From positions 1-64,000 of IMG/VR virus record IMGVR_UViG_3300020205_005279: a DNA stretch of 64,000 bases; one strand, 5' to 3'. The translations under genes and the position numbers were made by a program. The DNA comes from a virus. Positions 61,905 to 64,000 of the stretch are shown here, piece after piece; the stretch's first letter is position 1; each line of letters starts with the position of its first letter. The notes beneath the pieces are model-generated. The model ran no database searches. It had not been told where the DNA came from and saw nothing but the letters and a program-made list of their open reading frames with translations.

Positions 61905-61913
61905 ATTCTATCA
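61905..61913 (-). promoter_or_regulatory. extended -10 promoter TGATAGAAT
   Basis: identical 9-mer to 2406-2414, upstream of the dCMP deaminase. Confidence 0.5.
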
Positions 61914-62213
61914 GACTTTGAAGGATCTGGTGCTTGTAAGCCCTAACTTCTTAATAATATGACTATTGAATTTTTTGAGGAGTCTCCGGTCCTCCTCTCC
62001 AAGGAATATGCTTAAAGTCTTAGGGACTTTTACTGGCTCCTCCTTCACCAACTCTTCAATTAGTTCTTCTACTAGTTCCTCTTTCTCCTTTTCTGCTTCT
62101 ACCTGAGGTTCAGCAATTTCAGCAATAGATACAAGGAAGTTCTCCTGCCCTGGTGCCTCCGGTGCCTCCGGAGCTGTGAAGTTAGGTTCTTTTTTTGTTT
62201 TTCTGGTTGTCAT
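61911..62213 (-). CDS. hypothetical acidic protein
   Basis: Glu-rich; ATG 62213 forms an ATGA overlap with the upstream ORF. Confidence 0.55.
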   Translation of the reverse strand: MTTRKTKKEPNFTAPEAPEAPGQENFLVSIAEIAEPQVEAEKEKEELVEELIEELVKEEPVKVPKTLSIFLGEEDRRLLKKFNSHIIKKLGLTSTRSFKV

Positions 62214-62422
62214 CTGATTCTCCTGCATGAGGAACATCCGCTTTGTCTGTAGGGGGAGGGGAGGGGAAGATTGGTGGGGTACACCGGGCCTTCCGTCAGG
62301 CCTGGCGCCAAGCCTGACTGATTTCTCGCTTTAGGGGTGTTATTTAAACTTGCCCACTTCCTTAGGCTATTAAGTTCCGAGGACGAAATTTGGCTAGGGT
62401 TGGATCGGTTACTATTTGCCAT
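62210..62422 (-). CDS. small hypothetical protein ending in CxxC
   Basis: 70 aa, C-terminus 'GCSSCRRIR'. Confidence 0.5.
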   Translation of the reverse strand: MANSNRSNPSQISSSELNSLRKWASLNNTPKARNQSGLAPGLTEGPVYPTNLPLPSPYRQSGCSSCRRIR

Positions 62423-62488
62423 ATATTCAATTTAAACTCTTATGCGTCAGATTGCGAGGCGGGTGTGGTTATGTTGCAAAGGCGTTGA

Positions 62489-63448
62489 CTACCAAGAATA
62501 TATTAGCACTAAACCTGGACCGCCGTTACCTCCCGCACCACCGCCACCCGTGGTTCCGCCAGCGCCCCCGCCGCCCCCGCCAGATCCAAAACCGCCATTG
62601 CCACCTCGACCGCCAGCAGTAGTTCCAGTTTCTGATGAGCCGCCGCCAGAGCCACCACAAGACAGCAGAGGCTTAGAAAGTGCTACTCCAGCAGATCCAG
62701 GACCACCCGGGCCAGGATCTCCTCCGATACCTCCTGGTACTGCGCTAAATAAATTCAAAACGGCTGTTTGTGATAGAGGCGCCGCGACCCCGCCCCCAGC
62801 TCGACGATCACCGCCACCACCACCAGCACCACCAGAAAGTAGAAGCCCTGCGGGAAGCCCTGTGGCTGGGTAAGTAATCGAGTTTCCGACGTTATTGTTA
62901 CCACCTGTTGCACCTCCTTGGCCGATACGCGAAGTAAGTAGTCCTTGCCCAGCCATCAATACGTTAGCTACTGCTGTTGCTGCTGCGGCAGTACCAGCGG
63001 AGCCCCCAGCCGGAGCCCCCGTGCCCCCGCCGCCACCCCCGCCGTTTAGGGCAGCACAAATCGTGTAAATAGCTACGTTACTTTGGGCAATAGAGACATA
63101 AGATGCAATACCGCTGACTCCAGGATTGCTGACAGTGGTTGAAGAGGCGCCACCGCCCCCGCCACGACCTGACGAGACGTATAGTATATCAGGTAGTAAA
63201 GAAGCTGGGATTGATACTTTTGTAAGAGTGCTACTGCCACCTCCGCCGCCCCCGCCACGAGCCTCTATATCTGTGTTAGGAAAGCCACTACCACCGCCTC
63301 CACCACCGCCAATGCAGATAATGTTAATCTTAGTAATACCGGCGGGCTTCTCCCAAGCCACCCATTGTCCGCCGTTGCTGGTACTAAAACCGGGAAATAC
63401 GCTGACAAAACCATTTTGTGGTTTTGGGATGTCGAATACGTTAAGCAT
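62489..63448 (-). CDS. glycine-rich fibre/adhesin-like protein
   Basis: 'WEKPAGITKINIICIGGGGGGGSG..GGNGGPGLVLIYSW'. Confidence 0.75.
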   Translation of the reverse strand: MLNVFDIPKPQNGFVSVFPGFSTSNGGQWVAWEKPAGITKINIICIGGGGGGGSGFPNTDIEARGGGGGGGSSTLTKVSIPASLLPDILYVSSGRGGGGGASSTTVSNPGVSGIASYVSIAQSNVAIYTICAALNGGGGGGGTGAPAGGSAGTAAAATAVANVLMAGQGLLTSRIGQGGATGGNNNVGNSITYPATGLPAGLLLSGGAGGGGGDRRAGGGVAAPLSQTAVLNLFSAVPGGIGGDPGPGGPGSAGVALSKPLLSCGGSGGGSSETGTTAGGRGGNGGFGSGGGGGGAGGTTGGGGAGGNGGPGLVLIYSW

Positions 63449-63454
63449 CAGTGA

Positions 63455-64000
63455 TTACCATGACCGAATTATCACTAAACCTTGGCCGCCGTTACCTCCC
63501 GCACCACCGCCACCTGTAGTGCCTCCTGCACCACCACCACCACCACCCGAGCCGAATCCCCCGTTACCTCCGAAGCCCCCAAGTGCGTTGCCGCTGTTGC
63601 ACCCACCGCCCGAGCCTCCAGTGGAAAGCAGTGGAGTCCGAAGCGCAACACCAGCAGAGCCGATGCCAGCAGTTGCACCAGCGGCACCACCGACTAGGGT
63701 TGCAAAAAGGCTTAGTACGGCTGTCTGCGAGGCAGGGGCTGTGATGTTGCCTCCTACTCCAGTTGAGCCACTTCCACCTCCCGCACCACCAGATAACAGC
63801 AATCCAGTTGCGGGGTATGTTATTGCACCGCCTGGACCGTTAGCAACGGCGCCACCAGCAGCGCCAGCCACCCCAGCAAAAGCAACAAAAGTACCTAATC
63901 CAGCAAGTAGAGAGCCAGCGACTGTTGCGGCAGCCACCGAAGCACCACCGGTACCGACAAGTGTAGACGAAGGTGCAGCACCCGTGTTGCCTCCGGGGGC
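63455..64000 (-). CDS. glycine-rich fibre/adhesin-like protein, paralog of 62489-63448 (5' end outside the window)
   Basis: frame is open to the window edge; near-identical C-terminus. Confidence 0.75.
   Translation of the reverse strand, partial: APGGNTGAAPSSTLVGTGGASVAAATVAGSLLAGLGTFVAFAGVAGAAGGAVANGPGGAITYPATGLLLSGGAGGGSGSTGVGGNITAPASQTAVLSLFATLVGGAAGATAGIGSAGVALRTPLLSTGGSGGGCNSGNALGGFGGNGGFGSGGGGGGAGGTTGGGGAGGNGGQGLVIIRSW

Noticed and set aside
62442-62873. Proline-rich 143-aa ORF
   Set aside because: Mirror of poly-Gly codons on the opposite strand
1-64000. tRNA genes, CRISPR array, DGR or invertible cassette
   Set aside because: Intergenic gaps are short; no cloverleaf, spaced direct repeats, reverse transcriptase or recombinase was seen by eye

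Overview
The window is a densely coding segment of a large tailed dsDNA phage genome with a contractile (myovirus) tail, most likely a cyanophage. Host inference rests on a cyanobacterial SigF/SigB-like sigma factor, a cyanobacterial 'Mo-nitrogenase C-terminal' domain protein, PhoH, and very large fibre proteins of the kind seen in cyanomyoviruses. The morphogenesis core is Mu/P2-like rather than T4-like and is scattered over both strands: TerL, DUF935 portal, tail tube, gpX/gpJ/gpI/gpV-like baseplate genes, and a hub protein carrying amidase, M23 and lysozyme domains. About 25 kb encodes giant fibre, spike and LRR proteins. DNA-metabolism genes are interspersed: nrdB, metallophosphoesterase, probable SSB, thioredoxin, dNMP kinase and dCMP deaminase. 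No capsid, sheath, nrdA, tRNA or CRISPR array was seen. Most notable observations: (1) an orphan aKG-HExxH peptide-hydroxylase gene, normally a RiPP enzyme, translationally coupled to a virion-like gene; (2) a GT(T)TAAAG motif 19-43 nt upstream of 12 mostly structural genes, probably the promoter for the phage sigma factor; (3) a shared N-terminal 'VPxGW..D(F/H)(S/A)(D/E)' leader on an HNH nuclease and an unrelated protein, suggesting capsid targeting; (4) an apparently circularly permuted M23 domain; (5) pervasive Cys pairs in virion proteins. All family calls come from motif recognition by eye, without database searches.
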